A stretch of DNA of 64,000 nucleotides from the NCBI RefSeq assembly GCF_006345805.1, contig NC_042997.1:89466001-89530000 (forward strand). The letters are read 5' to 3'. Position 1 is the stretch's first letter. Every line of letters begins with the position of its first letter. This DNA comes from Octopus sinensis (taxonomy: Eukaryota). Both the position numbers and the translations under genes were made by a program. Below, one piece after another: positions 12,074 to 23,229 of the stretch. The notes under the pieces were generated by a model. It ran no database searches and had not been told where the DNA came from. It worked only from the letters and a program-made list of their open reading frames with translations.

Positions 12074-12235
12074 GCCTTTGTTGGTAAACTGGACCTTGCT
12101 GCTATGTTATGGGTGTGGGATCAACTCTTCTTGCAATGCTGGCACCAGCAGGTTTTCCATGACATATGCATAGCATTGGTTGCTCTTTTGCGGGAACACT
12201 TCCTTGTAGCTTCAGACTACCTGCAAATGAAACAG
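12074..12235 (+). CDS. Exon (0 to 0): AFVGKLDLAAMLWVWDQLFLQCWHQQVFHDICIALVALLREHFLVASDYLQMKQ
   Basis: Acceptor ctatttcag|, donor cag|gtaaga. LWVWDQLF matches the TBC 'LxxWDxxF' motif. Confidence 0.92.
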
Positions 12236-12572
12236 GTAAGATTTTGAGCCTACAAAGAATGATGGTAATAGTAGAAGTGTTCAGGTCAGGTATGGGGGAT
12301 ATGTGTTATTGCAGCACATTGCTGTACCTCACCATTTGTTGGTATCTGCTTGGGTCTTGCTGGGCAGCCCTCTGAGCAGTGTCCCAGTCAGTGCCATCTT
12401 TGTGAGATACTTCCTCACCTGTCATGACCATGAAGCATGTGACCAAGTGACATGAGTCATCATCCCAGCCAGATTCTCAGGAAAGAGAACATAGCACACA
12501 TGATCCAACTTGGAAAATAGAGCAATGTGACCAATCAGACTGTAGAATTATTGGTTTGTGATAATTATAGTT

Positions 12573-12918
12573 AATGTGTCAAGGACCCCCTTTGGTCATG
12601 AATGACCATGGGATTGCACCTAGAAAGTTCCCCTCTGAGGCACAAGTCAGAGCAATGTTGTTTGTGGAAGATCAGTAATCACCCATGCATACCAGTCTCC
12701 CCTCTCCACACCACCGAAGTTATTCAAGGGAAAGATAAAGGCTGATACAACTTGGCACCAGTGACATTGCAACTCATTTCTACTGCTGAGTGAACTGGAG
12801 CAATGTGAAATAAAATGTCTTACTCAAGAACATAACATACACACCTTGGTTTGGGGAATAAACTCACAACCTCAGATTTGAAAGCCTGACACTCTAACCA
12901 CTGAGCCATGCACCTTCA
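12573..12918 (-). mobile_element. tRNA-derived SINE, family C (other copies ~28140-28345, ~32305-32560, ~44962-45190)
   Basis: Reverse strand begins gtgaaggtgcatggctcagtggttagagtg (A-box) with a shared ctccagttcactcagc body. Confidence 0.7.
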
Positions 12919-13526
12919 CAGTAAATATGTTAGTTAGTGGTTATATTGCTGTATATAGTAGTTAGTGGTAATTATGATGGTAGGAAGAATTATGGAAGAA
13001 GAAGTTGGAATAAGACACATGAAGTGTCAAGATTAGATCTTAGAATGTTTCTTCGTTTCAGTGACAAGATGGCACAAGATCAAAAATGGAGACACAATAT
13101 TCTGTAGGGTAAACTCCATCCAATCCATGTCAGAATGGCCAAGCCTTTGAAGCATCTATGTAATTGATCAACCAGCTAGAAATAACAGCCAAATCTTCTT
13201 CACTTCACTTCACATTGTGCTACCTTATAAAAAAAGAACATTGGATAATGTGATCCTATGTAAACTATGTTAGTTCACAAAAAGATGGGATGGACATGGC
13301 TGAAAGGCCTTTGGCCATAATTCTCTTGAATGAAGATTGACCTGAGTCTAAGTAATATATAACAATAAACAATTCATTGTCAGAAAATGGACATTAAAAT
13401 ACTGAAGATTATGATGATGATAATGTAACTTTAAATAATTTTAACAAATAATTTTTGTTCTGACTAATGAGGTATATCCGTCACATTCTTAAAGATAATT
13501 TTCTAATCTTTTCTCTTCTGTTGTAG

Positions 13527-13645
13527 GTTTTTGTTTCACAGACCTTTCATCTTCTTACTCTTGATATCCAGCGGGCTTACCTTGCAGTTATTAAAGGCAG
13601 CACCAGCTTGCATGATATTGCCAGCCTCAACAGATGTTCACCTCA
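13527..13645 (+). CDS. Exon (0 to 2): VFVSQTFHLLTLDIQRAYLAVIKGSTSLHDIASLNRCSP, end of the TBC-like domain
   Basis: Acceptor tcttctgttgtag|. Donor ca|gtaata is weak but matches the phase-2 start of the exon at 19469. Confidence 0.8.
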
Positions 13646-13659
13646 GTAATATAATCTCT

Positions 13660-13825
13660 GTCTGTCTGTCTCTCTCTCCCCCCACTCTCTTTCCCTCTCT
13701 CCCCTCTCTCCCTCTCTCTCCCTCTCTCTTTCCCACTCTCTCCCTCTCTCTTTCCCACTCTCTCCCCCTCTCTCCCTCTCTCCCTCATCCATCTCTCTCC
13801 CTCTCTCCCTCACCCCTCTCTCTGG
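13660..13825. repeat. CT-rich polypyrimidine array
   Basis: Imperfect (CT)n/(CCCTCT)n. A mirror-type GA-rich tract lies at ~25940-26125. Confidence 0.9.
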
Positions 13826-14285
13826 GATAGCAGTAGACAATGATATGATAGCAATATGATAACAATAGAATAATGATAATATGATAGCAAAGAGATAACC
13901 AACCAAGCAACCAGCCAGTCAAGTGCTTCTAGCCAATGAGGCAGCCTCTATGTGGTCACTCACCCTACTAGAAATAGGACACCATGTATCCCTCAAATCA
14001 CATAGCACTGTTTTCAAAAAAAAGCACACATTAGATAATGTCATCTTGGAGATAGAGGGAGTGGTCACTTGTGGAACACCTTTGATCATAAGTTTGATCA
14101 AATAGGACTGACCTATGATGAAGCAGCAACAACAATAACTCTAAATACTCCTACTACAGCAATAAGCACTACTATGCATTTTCTGCTCAGAAAAATGAAA
14201 CAAAGACAATATGCATACAATATGAAATGCATGTGTGTGTGTGTGTGTGTGCATGTGTGAGCATGTGTATGTGTGTGTGTGTATA

Positions 14286-14352
<67 letters not shown>

Positions 14353-14354
<2 letters not shown>

Positions 14355-14569
14355 CCACTATGTGGATAACTCTAGTGCTAAAAATAGCCCCGATAGTAAA
14401 GCCACAGAAAATTTGTTCAGGGTCAATCTATTTATTCGTTATATATATAACAATTTGTTCAGGGTCAATCTATTTATTCATTATATTTCACTTTCCTTCC
14501 GTTAAATGTATGTTACTTCTAGTTGGAAACATCTTTTTCTGTGGCTTTACTATCGTTATCATAGTGGTT
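14353..14569. repeat. Small inverted-repeat element with an internal 28-bp direct duplication
   Basis: aaccactatg / cgatagtaaagccacagaaaa (14353-14411) is inverted at 14535-14569; aatttgttcagggtcaatctatttattc occurs at 14410 and 14452. Confidence 0.75.
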
Positions 14570-14689
14570 AACTCTCTAATAATTTATGTATAAATTTTTA
14601 TTTTCTCCGTAGTTTTTTGTGCTAAGCCACTCGGTGTTAAATTAATGGTATTAAATTAATATCAATTTTTCACCCTCATTTATATATAT

Positions 14690-14731
<42 letters not shown>

Positions 14732-14738
14732 TGGTGGC

Positions 14739-17528
14739 GTGGGTATACTTATCGCTGAGAAATGGATAGATAGAGTAATTGAGGTAATCAGAGTAAGTGA
14801 CAGAATACTTAAGATTAGAATAGTGCTTCATAATAGATTAGCAACCATTATATCGGCCTATGCCCCTCAGCCAGGGCTACCCGATGGACAGAAAGACAGT
14901 TTCTATGACACCCTACTGCAGACCACCTCATCGACGAACAACAGGGACCTTCTCTTTGTGGCTGGTGATTTCAATGGGCATGTTGGACGACATGCTGGGG
15001 GCTTCCATGGCGTACATGGAGGCTACGGTTATGGTTCCCGCAACGAGGAGGGAACCAGGCTGCTGGAGTTCTGCGATGCGAATAGTCTTATGGTCTGCAA
15101 CACTAACTTCAGGAAACCAACAAGCCACCTGGTCACCTACCGATCGGGCCGGCATACTAGCCAAATCGACTACATCCTTGCCAGAAAAAGGGAAAGATGG
15201 CTGCTTATAAATGCCAAAACCTTCCCAGGCGAAGAATGCACCCCACAACATAGACTGGTAGTTAGTGACTTTAGGATTAGGACTAAGAGGGCGACTAGAA
15301 GACGACCAACATGGAGAAGAAGGGTCTGGAAGCTTAAAGCCCCTGCGAATGGACAGAGATTTAGAGATATGTTACTTGAAGCCTTTGACGAAGTGGAAGG
15401 GGGTATAGCTACACATGGGGTAGAAGACAACTGGACGTTTCTGAGGGACAACCTGCTGAAAGCCGCTGACCAGATCTGTGGCTGGTGCAAAGTCCCCTTA
15501 AGACCCAAAATAACGTGGTGGTGGAACAATATTGTTGACAGGGCTATTAGACAAAAGAAACAGGCTTGGAAGGCCTGGAAGAACGGTGGTAGCAGGGAAG
15601 GGTATCAGACTGCCAGAAGGGAAGCTAGGAGACAGGTCTATCTAGCCAGAGGGGAAGCAGATAAGAGAAAATTTGCCAATGTCCTGCGCCGTGAGGATGA
15701 AAGACTTGAGGTATTTCGTGTTGCAAGACAGTGTGTGAGAGAGAATCGTGATGTGGTAGGAGAGAAATGTGTTCGCATGGAGGATGGTTCACTTGCGCTA
15801 AATGAGGATGCAAAGAGAGAAGCTTGGAGACGCCACTATGAAAGGTTACTGAATGAGGAAAATGAATGGGATAAAGAGAGTCTGCCGAATGTTGACCCTA
15901 CAGAGGGACCAGCTATCCGAGTTGATAGTTCCGTGGTAGCTAAGGCAATTAGAAGCATGAAGACAGGGAAAGCCCCAGGCCCATCAGGAATTACTGCAGA
16001 GATGCTCAAAATATCTGGCAGTGTCGGCTATAACCTAGTCACCCGTATAGTCAACCAGGTGATACACGAAGGAGTCATACCCAATGACTGGTGCAGCAGC
16101 ATACTAGTCAACTGCTACAAAGGTAAAGGTGATGCCCTAGATACAAATAATTACAGAGGTATCAAGCTGTTGGATCAAGTAATGAAGGTTACGGAGAGGG
16201 TCATAGCCCAACTAATTAGAGAGAGAGTTAGTTTAGATGAGATGCAGTTTGGGTTCGTGCCAGGGAAAAGTACCACTGATGCTATATTCCTGGTAAGGCA
16301 GCTGCAGGAGAAATACCTAGCCAAAGATAAGCCCCTGTACCTGGCTTTCGTTGACATGGAGAAAGCTTTTGATAGGGTCCCCCGATCCCTTATCTGGTGG
16401 TCAATGAGGAAACTAGGGATAGATGAATGGCTGGTGAGGACTGTGCAAGCCATGTACAGAGATGCCGTAAGTAAGGTTAGGGTTGGCAACATGTACACAG
16501 AAGAATTCAAAGTAGAGGTTGGGGTCCACCAGGGTTCAGTACTCAGCCCCCTCCTATTTATCATAGTACTCCAGGCAATTACGGAGGAATTCAAGACAGG
16601 CTGTCCCTGGGAGCTCCTCTATGCTGACGACCTTGCTCTTATTGCTGAGTCACTATCAGAACTGGAGGAGAAGTTCCAGGTGTGGAAGGAGGGTTTAGAA
16701 TCAAGGGGCCTTAGAGTCAACCTAGCTAAAACCAAAGTACTAATAAGTAGAAAGGTAGACAATCCACAAATATCTTCAGGAAGATGGCCCTGCTCGATCT
16801 GTAGAAAAGGTGTAGGTAGAAACTCTATAAGATGTACCCAGTGTAAGCTATGGACACATAAGAGGTGCAGCAATGTCAAAGGTAGGCTAACTGGGAAGAT
16901 AGTTTTTGTATGTGGCAGATGCTCGGGAGCATTAACCTCCGAAAATCTGCAGAAAACAACTTCCGTCACTTTCCAGGGGGAAAAACTAGAAGTAGTTGAT
17001 AGCTTCCGTTATCTAGGTGACCAAGTCAGTAGTGGGGGTGGGTGCGCTGAAAGTGTAACTGCTAGAATAAGAATAGCCTGGGCAAAGTTTAGGGAGCTCT
17101 TACCTCTGCTGGTGACTAAAGGCCTCTCGCTCAGAGTAAAAGGCAGACTGTATGATGCGTGTGTACGAACAGCCATGCTACATGGCAGCGAAACATGGGC
17201 CGTGACTGCTGAGGACATGCGTAAGCTCGTGAGGAATGAAGCCAGTATGCTCCGATGGATGTGTAATGTCAGTGTACATACTCGACAGAGCGTTAGCACC
17301 TTGAGAGAAATGTTGTACCTAAGAAGCATCAGTTGTGGTGTGCAAGAGAGACGATTGCGCTGGTATGGTCATGTGGCGAGAATGGATGAAGATAGGTGTG
17401 TGAGAAAGTGCCAATCCCTGGCAGTTGAGGGAACCCGTGGAAGAGGTAGACCCAGGAAAACCTGGGACGAGGTGGTGAAGCATGACCTTCGAAATTTAGG
17501 CCTCACTGAGGAAATGACCAGAGACTGA
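14739..17528 (+). CDS. RTE ORF, 929 aa, N-terminally truncated: AP endonuclease, reverse transcriptase, PHD-like zinc finger
   Basis: APE motifs GDFNGH, SQIDYIL, QHRLVV. RT motifs QFGF, FVDMEKAFD, GVHQGSVLSPLLF, LYADD. C4HC3 cluster. No stop codons. Confidence 0.95.
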   Translation: MGILIAEKWIDRVIEVIRVSDRILKIRIVLHNRLATIISAYAPQPGLPDGQKDSFYDTLLQTTSSTNNRDLLFVAGDFNGHVGRHAGGFHGVHGGYGYGSRNEEGTRLLEFCDANSLMVCNTNFRKPTSHLVTYRSGRHTSQIDYILARKRERWLLINAKTFPGEECTPQHRLVVSDFRIRTKRATRRRPTWRRRVWKLKAPANGQRFRDMLLEAFDEVEGGIATHGVEDNWTFLRDNLLKAADQICGWCKVPLRPKITWWWNNIVDRAIRQKKQAWKAWKNGGSREGYQTARREARRQVYLARGEADKRKFANVLRREDERLEVFRVARQCVRENRDVVGEKCVRMEDGSLALNEDAKREAWRRHYERLLNEENEWDKESLPNVDPTEGPAIRVDSSVVAKAIRSMKTGKAPGPSGITAEMLKISGSVGYNLVTRIVNQVIHEGVIPNDWCSSILVNCYKGKGDALDTNNYRGIKLLDQVMKVTERVIAQLIRERVSLDEMQFGFVPGKSTTDAIFLVRQLQEKYLAKDKPLYLAFVDMEKAFDRVPRSLIWWSMRKLGIDEWLVRTVQAMYRDAVSKVRVGNMYTEEFKVEVGVHQGSVLSPLLFIIVLQAITEEFKTGCPWELLYADDLALIAESLSELEEKFQVWKEGLESRGLRVNLAKTKVLISRKVDNPQISSGRWPCSICRKGVGRNSIRCTQCKLWTHKRCSNVKGRLTGKIVFVCGRCSGALTSENLQKTTSVTFQGEKLEVVDSFRYLGDQVSSGGGCAESVTARIRIAWAKFRELLPLLVTKGLSLRVKGRLYDACVRTAMLHGSETWAVTAEDMRKLVRNEASMLRWMCNVSVHTRQSVSTLREMLYLRSISCGVQERRLRWYGHVARMDEDRCVRKCQSLAVEGTRGRGRPRKTWDEVVKHDLRNLGLTEEMTRD

Positions 17529-17619
17529 GACCTTTGGAAATATTCTGTACGTGAGAAGACCAGGCAGGACAAGTGAGCCCAGCCCACTTATGAATGCCTT
17601 TCCTCCCTTGGACACAAAG

Positions 17620-18115
17620 ACCGGTTGAGGCAAGCGAAGTCGATATAGAACCTCATCCGACGACAGACACCCATGCCAACCCCCCATGCTTGCGAAGACA
17701 TGTTGGGGCAAGCGAAATCGAAATCGAAACCGAATTGAACCAGCCAGGATCCCTGGCCTGGTGGTACGTAAAAAGCACTATCCGACTCGTGGCCGTGGCA
17801 CGTAAAATACTCCAATGCGACCGTACGACAGGCACCCATGCCAACCCCCTTTGCTTGTGAAGACATGTTGGGGCAAGCGAAATCGAAATCGAATTGAACC
17901 AGCCAGGATCCCTGGTCTGGTGGTATGTAAAAAGCACTATCCGACTCGTGGCCGTGGCACGTAAAATACTCCAATGCGACTGTACGACAGGCACCCATGC
18001 CAACCCCCTTTGCTTGTGAGGACATGTTGGGGCAAGCGAAATCGAAATCGAATTGAACCAGCCAGGATCCCTGGTCTGGTGGTATGTAAAAAGCACTATC
18101 CGACTCGTGGCCGAT
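17620..18115 (+). repeat. About 3 tandem copies of a 159-165 bp unit in the RTE 3' UTR
   Basis: cacccatgccaaccccc recurs at 17668, 17833 and 17992. Confidence 0.92.
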
Positions 18116-18879
18116 GCCAGCACCGCCTCGACTGGCTTCCGTGCCGGTGGCACATAAAATACACCAATCTGACCGTGGCCGTTGCCAGCCCCGCCTGGCA
18201 CCTGTGCAGGTGGCACGTAAAAAGCACCCACTACACTCACGGAGTGGTTGGCGTTAGGAAGGGCATCCAGCTGTAGAAACATTGCCAGATTAGACTGGAG
18301 CCTGGTGCAGCCTTCTGGCTTCCCAGAACCCCGGTCGAACCGTCCATCCATGCTAGCATGGAGAACGGACGTTAAACGACGATGATGATGATGATGATAT
18401 TTATATAAGTATGCAGTATTATAGATCCATTATAGCTGATCTTACCAATCAGTTTCACTCACAATATTAGGTAATCAGTTTATCTAATACCTGTGTTTAT
18501 CCGAGACAGCCAGTATCAGAAAAGTGGTGACTGCTCTCTGTTGCTGGAGGTGAGGAAATGTTACATCCGGTTTGTAAGTGCTGCGATAAAGATGAACCGA
18601 TGTTGCAGGAGACAATCAAGAGAAGGATCCATCATCATCATCATTTAGCATCTGTTATCCATGCTGGCATGGGTTAGATGTTTGACTAAACTAGTAAGCT
18701 GGAGAGCTGCACCAGACTACGTCTGTTTTAGCTTGGTTTCTATGGCTGGATGTCCTTCCTAACACCAACCACACCACAGAGTGTACCTGGTGTCTTTTAT
18801 GTGTCACTGGCCTTTTACATTATATTCCTTGCCTCCCAATAAACTTTGAGTGAGTTGTGGTAGTCAGCAAAAGTGGGGT

Positions 18880-19330
18880 GGGATTGATGCCTGTGTAGGG
18901 GTGAAAATATAGATATTATCATGCATGTCAGAAATAAACCTTGCTCTTCAATAAGGGATCAGTCTGGGTCAAATGCATTGACCCAGAAGGCTCCTTTGAT
19001 GTAGCTATGGGTGTCTTCAACAATGCTGATATGTGTGACCTTATTGGCTTTTTCATCCTGGATTTACTTTAGAAGAAATTCCCCTCAACTAGTTTTGGCC
19101 TCTACAGAGAGACAATAATTTGGCAATATTGATGAGGGTGAAGGGCCATGCCCTTGATAGGATTAGGAAAGACCTTAATCCTCACCCTGAATTCTTTTGG
19201 CCTCAAGGAGACAATAACAACTAACCTGAAGATAGTTGATTTCTATGACTTGGAGTCTGATGCCTGTAGACCCTGTAGGAAGCCTATGTAAGGCTGACAT
19301 ACATCAAAAAGCTTCGAGCCATAATGTTCA
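18880..19330 (+). mobile_element. Degenerate Penelope-like RT fragment
   Basis: Peptide GSFDVAMGVFNNADMCDLIGFFIL...FGLYRE resembles the PLE RT motifs FDVTMGSFDGAE.CELVG and GLYRDD, with stops and frameshifts. Confidence 0.6.
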
Positions 19331-19468
19331 GGAATCTCATATTGTGTAGTTGGTAGCATGGTCAACGGTAAGCAACAGACAAGTAGTTCAAACTCTGTTA
19401 ATGATTCCCTTTCTCTTTTCTCTCTCCAATTGTTTTTTTTTATAATGTCAATACGATTTTCTTTTCAG

Positions 19469-19709
19469 AGGTGTCTCAGGAGGTGACATAGCAGCAACTG
19501 CTGGTATAATGAGTGAACAGTCTTCTAAATCCATCACTGACTTGACCAAGAAGACACATAAATTGGACATAAAACCTACCACTGAACTTTCCAATCTATT
19601 TATTGATTTCAGTAAACTGTCCAATAAGGGGTTATCAATTCAAATCTCTGATGTTTGTTTCAAATTGGACTTCCAACAATCTGTATTGCAGAAAGGAACA
19701 GATAAAAAT
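19469..19709 (+). CDS. Exon (2 to 0): GVSGGDIAATAGIMSEQSSKSITDLTKKTHKLDIKPTTELSNLFIDFSKLSNKGLSIQISDVCFKLDFQQSVLQKGTDKN
   Basis: Acceptor ttttcttttcag|, donor aat|gtaatt. Phases fit both neighbouring exons. Confidence 0.75.
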
Positions 19710-22053
19710 GTAATTCATATATATATATATTCTTCAATGAGATTTACATACATCACATAAGCATGAACATGCATGCATACACACAGATACATCTATTGTA
19801 TATTCATATATATAATAAATACATAGAAATGCATGCACACTTACTTACGAACATATATGTACACATACATTGAATATATACATATACATATGCACATACA
19901 TAAACACATACTTGCACTCACACAAAATGTATATGTGCAAACACACATACACATACAAATGAATATATGCAAACACACACAAATACAAATGAGTACATAC
20001 AAATACCAAACACATACACATACAAATGAATACAAACATCACATATGCAAACGAATACATACAAATACATATGTCAATTTTACCAATTTGAGAGGGCCTA
20101 TAATAGCCATGGATACAACCCTTTCTTTTCTACCTTAAAAAAAAACACCCACACATGTATACATATTCAAATACACATACATACAAACACAGACATGCAT
20201 GTATACTTATACAAAGATCTTATACAAAAGATCTATACATACAGGGCTGGATAGATGGATAAGTTAACCCTTTTCCTGTAGAAATCTGATACATCCACTC
20301 AAAATTTCATTACCTTTAGCTGTGAAAAGCAGTTTTATATACCAATCAATTTTTGTTGAGGAATGTCATGCTTGAAATTATTTTTTGTTGAGATATGTCA
20401 AGTTTATTGCAGCAACATGACAATCAGAAAATACCAGTTCTATTTTTTGATAGATATTTAGTATCATTACTGGAATAGCTATGAAATTTAATCTTTTAGC
20501 ATTTAAACCAGCTATAACCAGCCCAAAGTGGCCATAACTGGCCTCCCACACCTCCCCTACAATGTCATTCTAAAAATATAGAATCACATCATCGAAATCT
20601 CAAAGCAAAAAAATAATGTATGATTAATTCAACACAATGTGAATAAATAAGTATTACATTTGACAAAGTAATCTGAATACTAAAGGATTAATTTCAGGAT
20701 TAAACAGGCTAGAGCCTAGAGCCTCAAAATAATTGTCTTATATTTTGGCATAAGGCAGTTGGTGGAATTCTGGTTTAAGCACCCCATATAACCCCCTCAT
20801 AACTTTTTAATTTTTTTAATTTTTAGAAAATGTTTGCAAATTTGTATTCTACACATGGAATTCATACGATTATGCAAAAAAAAAAATTAATTTGTGTAAT
20901 TTGAGAGATATTTAACTGTTATTCTTAGAACATCTGATGACTACCTGATACCTTCCTTGTTTCTTTGTCATTCTGACATATTGATGTTTTTCAATATCTT
21001 TCTCCCCATAAACATACAATGGTCCATTGCTGGGATTTAAGTCAAAAATTTCAGACTGTCTGTTTTTTAAACTCTGATTTTAAAGGAAAAATTTTGAAAA
21101 ATTAAAAGAAATATTTTTTCCAAAATCTTATAAATTCCCATGTGTGGAACACAAATTCACAAAAATTTTCTGAAAATTCAAAAAAAGTTATGATAGGTTA
21201 TAATAAGGTGCTTAAACCAGAATTCCGCCCCACAATTTTGAGGGGAGAGGGCAAGTTGATTACATTTATCTCACTACTTGACTGGAACTTTATTCTATCA
21301 AGGATAGAACAAAAGATGAAAGCAAAGTTGTCCTTGGTAGAATTTAAACCCAAAATGTAAAGAACCAGAAAAAATGCAGCTCAGCATTTTGTCCAACATG
21401 CTAATGACTCTGCCAGCTCACAACCATTTAGAGCCTCAAAATAATACTTTCTAGTATAGATATAAAACCTGAAATTTTTATGGGGAGAGGGTAGTTGATA
21501 ATATCAACCCCAATGATCACTGGTACTTATTTTATCAACCCCGAATGCACGAAAGGTAAAGGTGACCTCAGCAGAATTTGAACTCAGAACAAAAAGCTGG
21601 AATGATGCTAAATATTTTGTCCAGCGTGCTATTGATTCTGCTTGCTCATTGCCTTAGGGAAAATTAATGAAAACTTGTTTCCTTTTCTTTTTGTGAGATC
21701 ATCAACTGTTAGCTTTTAACAAGGAACTATCAAATTTTTATATAGTTTAGGGCCTCACCATGTCTCAAATCTATCATTGAGTATATATATATATGTGCAC
21801 AGGCACATTTATCTTTTATCTTTTACTTGTTCCAGTCATTAGACTGTGGCTATGCTGGGGCACTGCCTTGAAGAGTTTTTAGTCAAATGAATCAACCCCA
21901 GCACTTATTTTTTTTAAAGTACTGGTATTTATTCTATCATTCTCTTTTGGCAAACTGCTAAGTTATGGGAGCAAAACACACCAACACCAGTTGTCAAGTG
22001 GTGGATGGGGCAATAAACATGGACACAAAGACACACACACACACATACACATA

Positions 22054-22903
22054 CAGTGTGCGATGGGTAAATTGTTGCCATTTTAAATTTTTAATTTTGT
22101 GCATACATATTGTTCATTTTTGATTTTGTTGACTACACAGTATCGTAGGGTCAGCTGGGCAGTGTCTGTGAGAAAAACAGCATCATGACACAATTCACTC
22201 TGCCAGAAATTTGCAAACAACATGCTGTGCTGCTTGGCATTCACACCAGAAGCTCCAATAAGAACATTTCAGTGTTTGCATGTCAATTTGAGGAGAGTGC
22301 AATCTGAGGACATATACCGAGAATGATAAAAACCAAACATCCAGTGATGGCGACGTCATGCCTCCATTCATCTTTCCACATGGCCTCAGACTCAACACGG
22401 AGGCCTACATCAAGTGCCTGGAGGAGGTAGTGCTGCCCTGGGTCAAGAAGGTGGCTGCTGGAAGACCTTATGTCTGGCAACAAGACTCTGCACCATGCCA
22501 CGCAAACAGGAGAACCCAGTCATGGCTGTCAGAAAATTTCTGTGACCACATCACCCCTAACATCTGGCCAACTAATTCCCCAGACTGTTACCCCCTCGAA
22601 TTATTATGTGTTAGGCATAGTTGAGCGAGAGACCAATAAAACTCCTAACACCAAAGATGAACTGAAGGCAAGGATTATGGCAGCATTCATTTAAACAAGG
22701 AGACCATCAAGAAGAGTTGCAGGAGATTCCAAAGTCGTCTGGAGGGCTTGGTTAAAGCCAATGGCGATTTTATTGAATAAATATACTCTTTAGTATTTCA
22801 AGATATTTTTTTGTAATTTTGGTAAATATATCTGTTAAAATGAGATGTCAGTACTATTTTCATTTTTGTGTAATTTAGATGACAGTTTATTCACCACACC
22901 CTG
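22054..22903 (+). mobile_element. Internally deleted DD37D (maT-type) Tc1/mariner element
   Basis: TA-flanked imperfect TIRs (cagtgtgcg.../...caccctg). Peptide VMPPFIFPHGLRLNTEAY...WQQDSAPCH...NSPD; 37 residues between the catalytic D and the PL(D/E) position. Confidence 0.88.
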
Positions 22904-22920
22904 TATGTATATATATATAC

Positions 22921-22954
<34 letters not shown>

Positions 22955-23190
22955 CATCATCATCATCATCATCATTTAGCGTCTGCTTTCCATGCTAGCA
23001 TGGGTTGGACGGTTCAACTGGGGTCTGTGAAGCTGGAAGGCTTCGTCAGGCCCAGTCAGATCTGGCAGTATTTCTACGGCTGGATGCCCTTCCTAACGCC
23101 AACCACTCCGTGAGTGTAGTGGGTGCTTTTTACGTGCCACCTGCACAGGTGCCAGACAGAGCTGGCAAACGGCCATGAACGGACGGTGCT
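22955..23190 (-). mobile_element. RTE LINE 3'-end fragment (others ~4375-4420, 18628-18810, 33338-33480, 42540-42890, 43960-44100)
   Basis: Reverse complement of 18190-18398 including the (GAT)n tail. Confidence 0.85.
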
Positions 23191-23229
23191 TTTATATATA
23201 TAGGGAGTGGTGAATGATATATATATGAG

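Larger units (their letters stand above)
14732..18398 (+). mobile_element. RTE-clade LINE, 5'-truncated, young
   Basis: Single long ORF, ~870-bp 3' UTR, (GAT)6 tail at 18381-18398, probable TSD atttatata at 14678-14686 and 18399-18407, CpG-rich. Confidence 0.95.

Noticed and set aside
17588-18351. Minus-strand ORFs with repeated 53-aa units, and the regular repeats as a possible CRISPR-like array
   Set aside because: Explained by the 159-bp tandem duplication in the LINE 3' UTR. There are no unique spacers and the context is eukaryotic.
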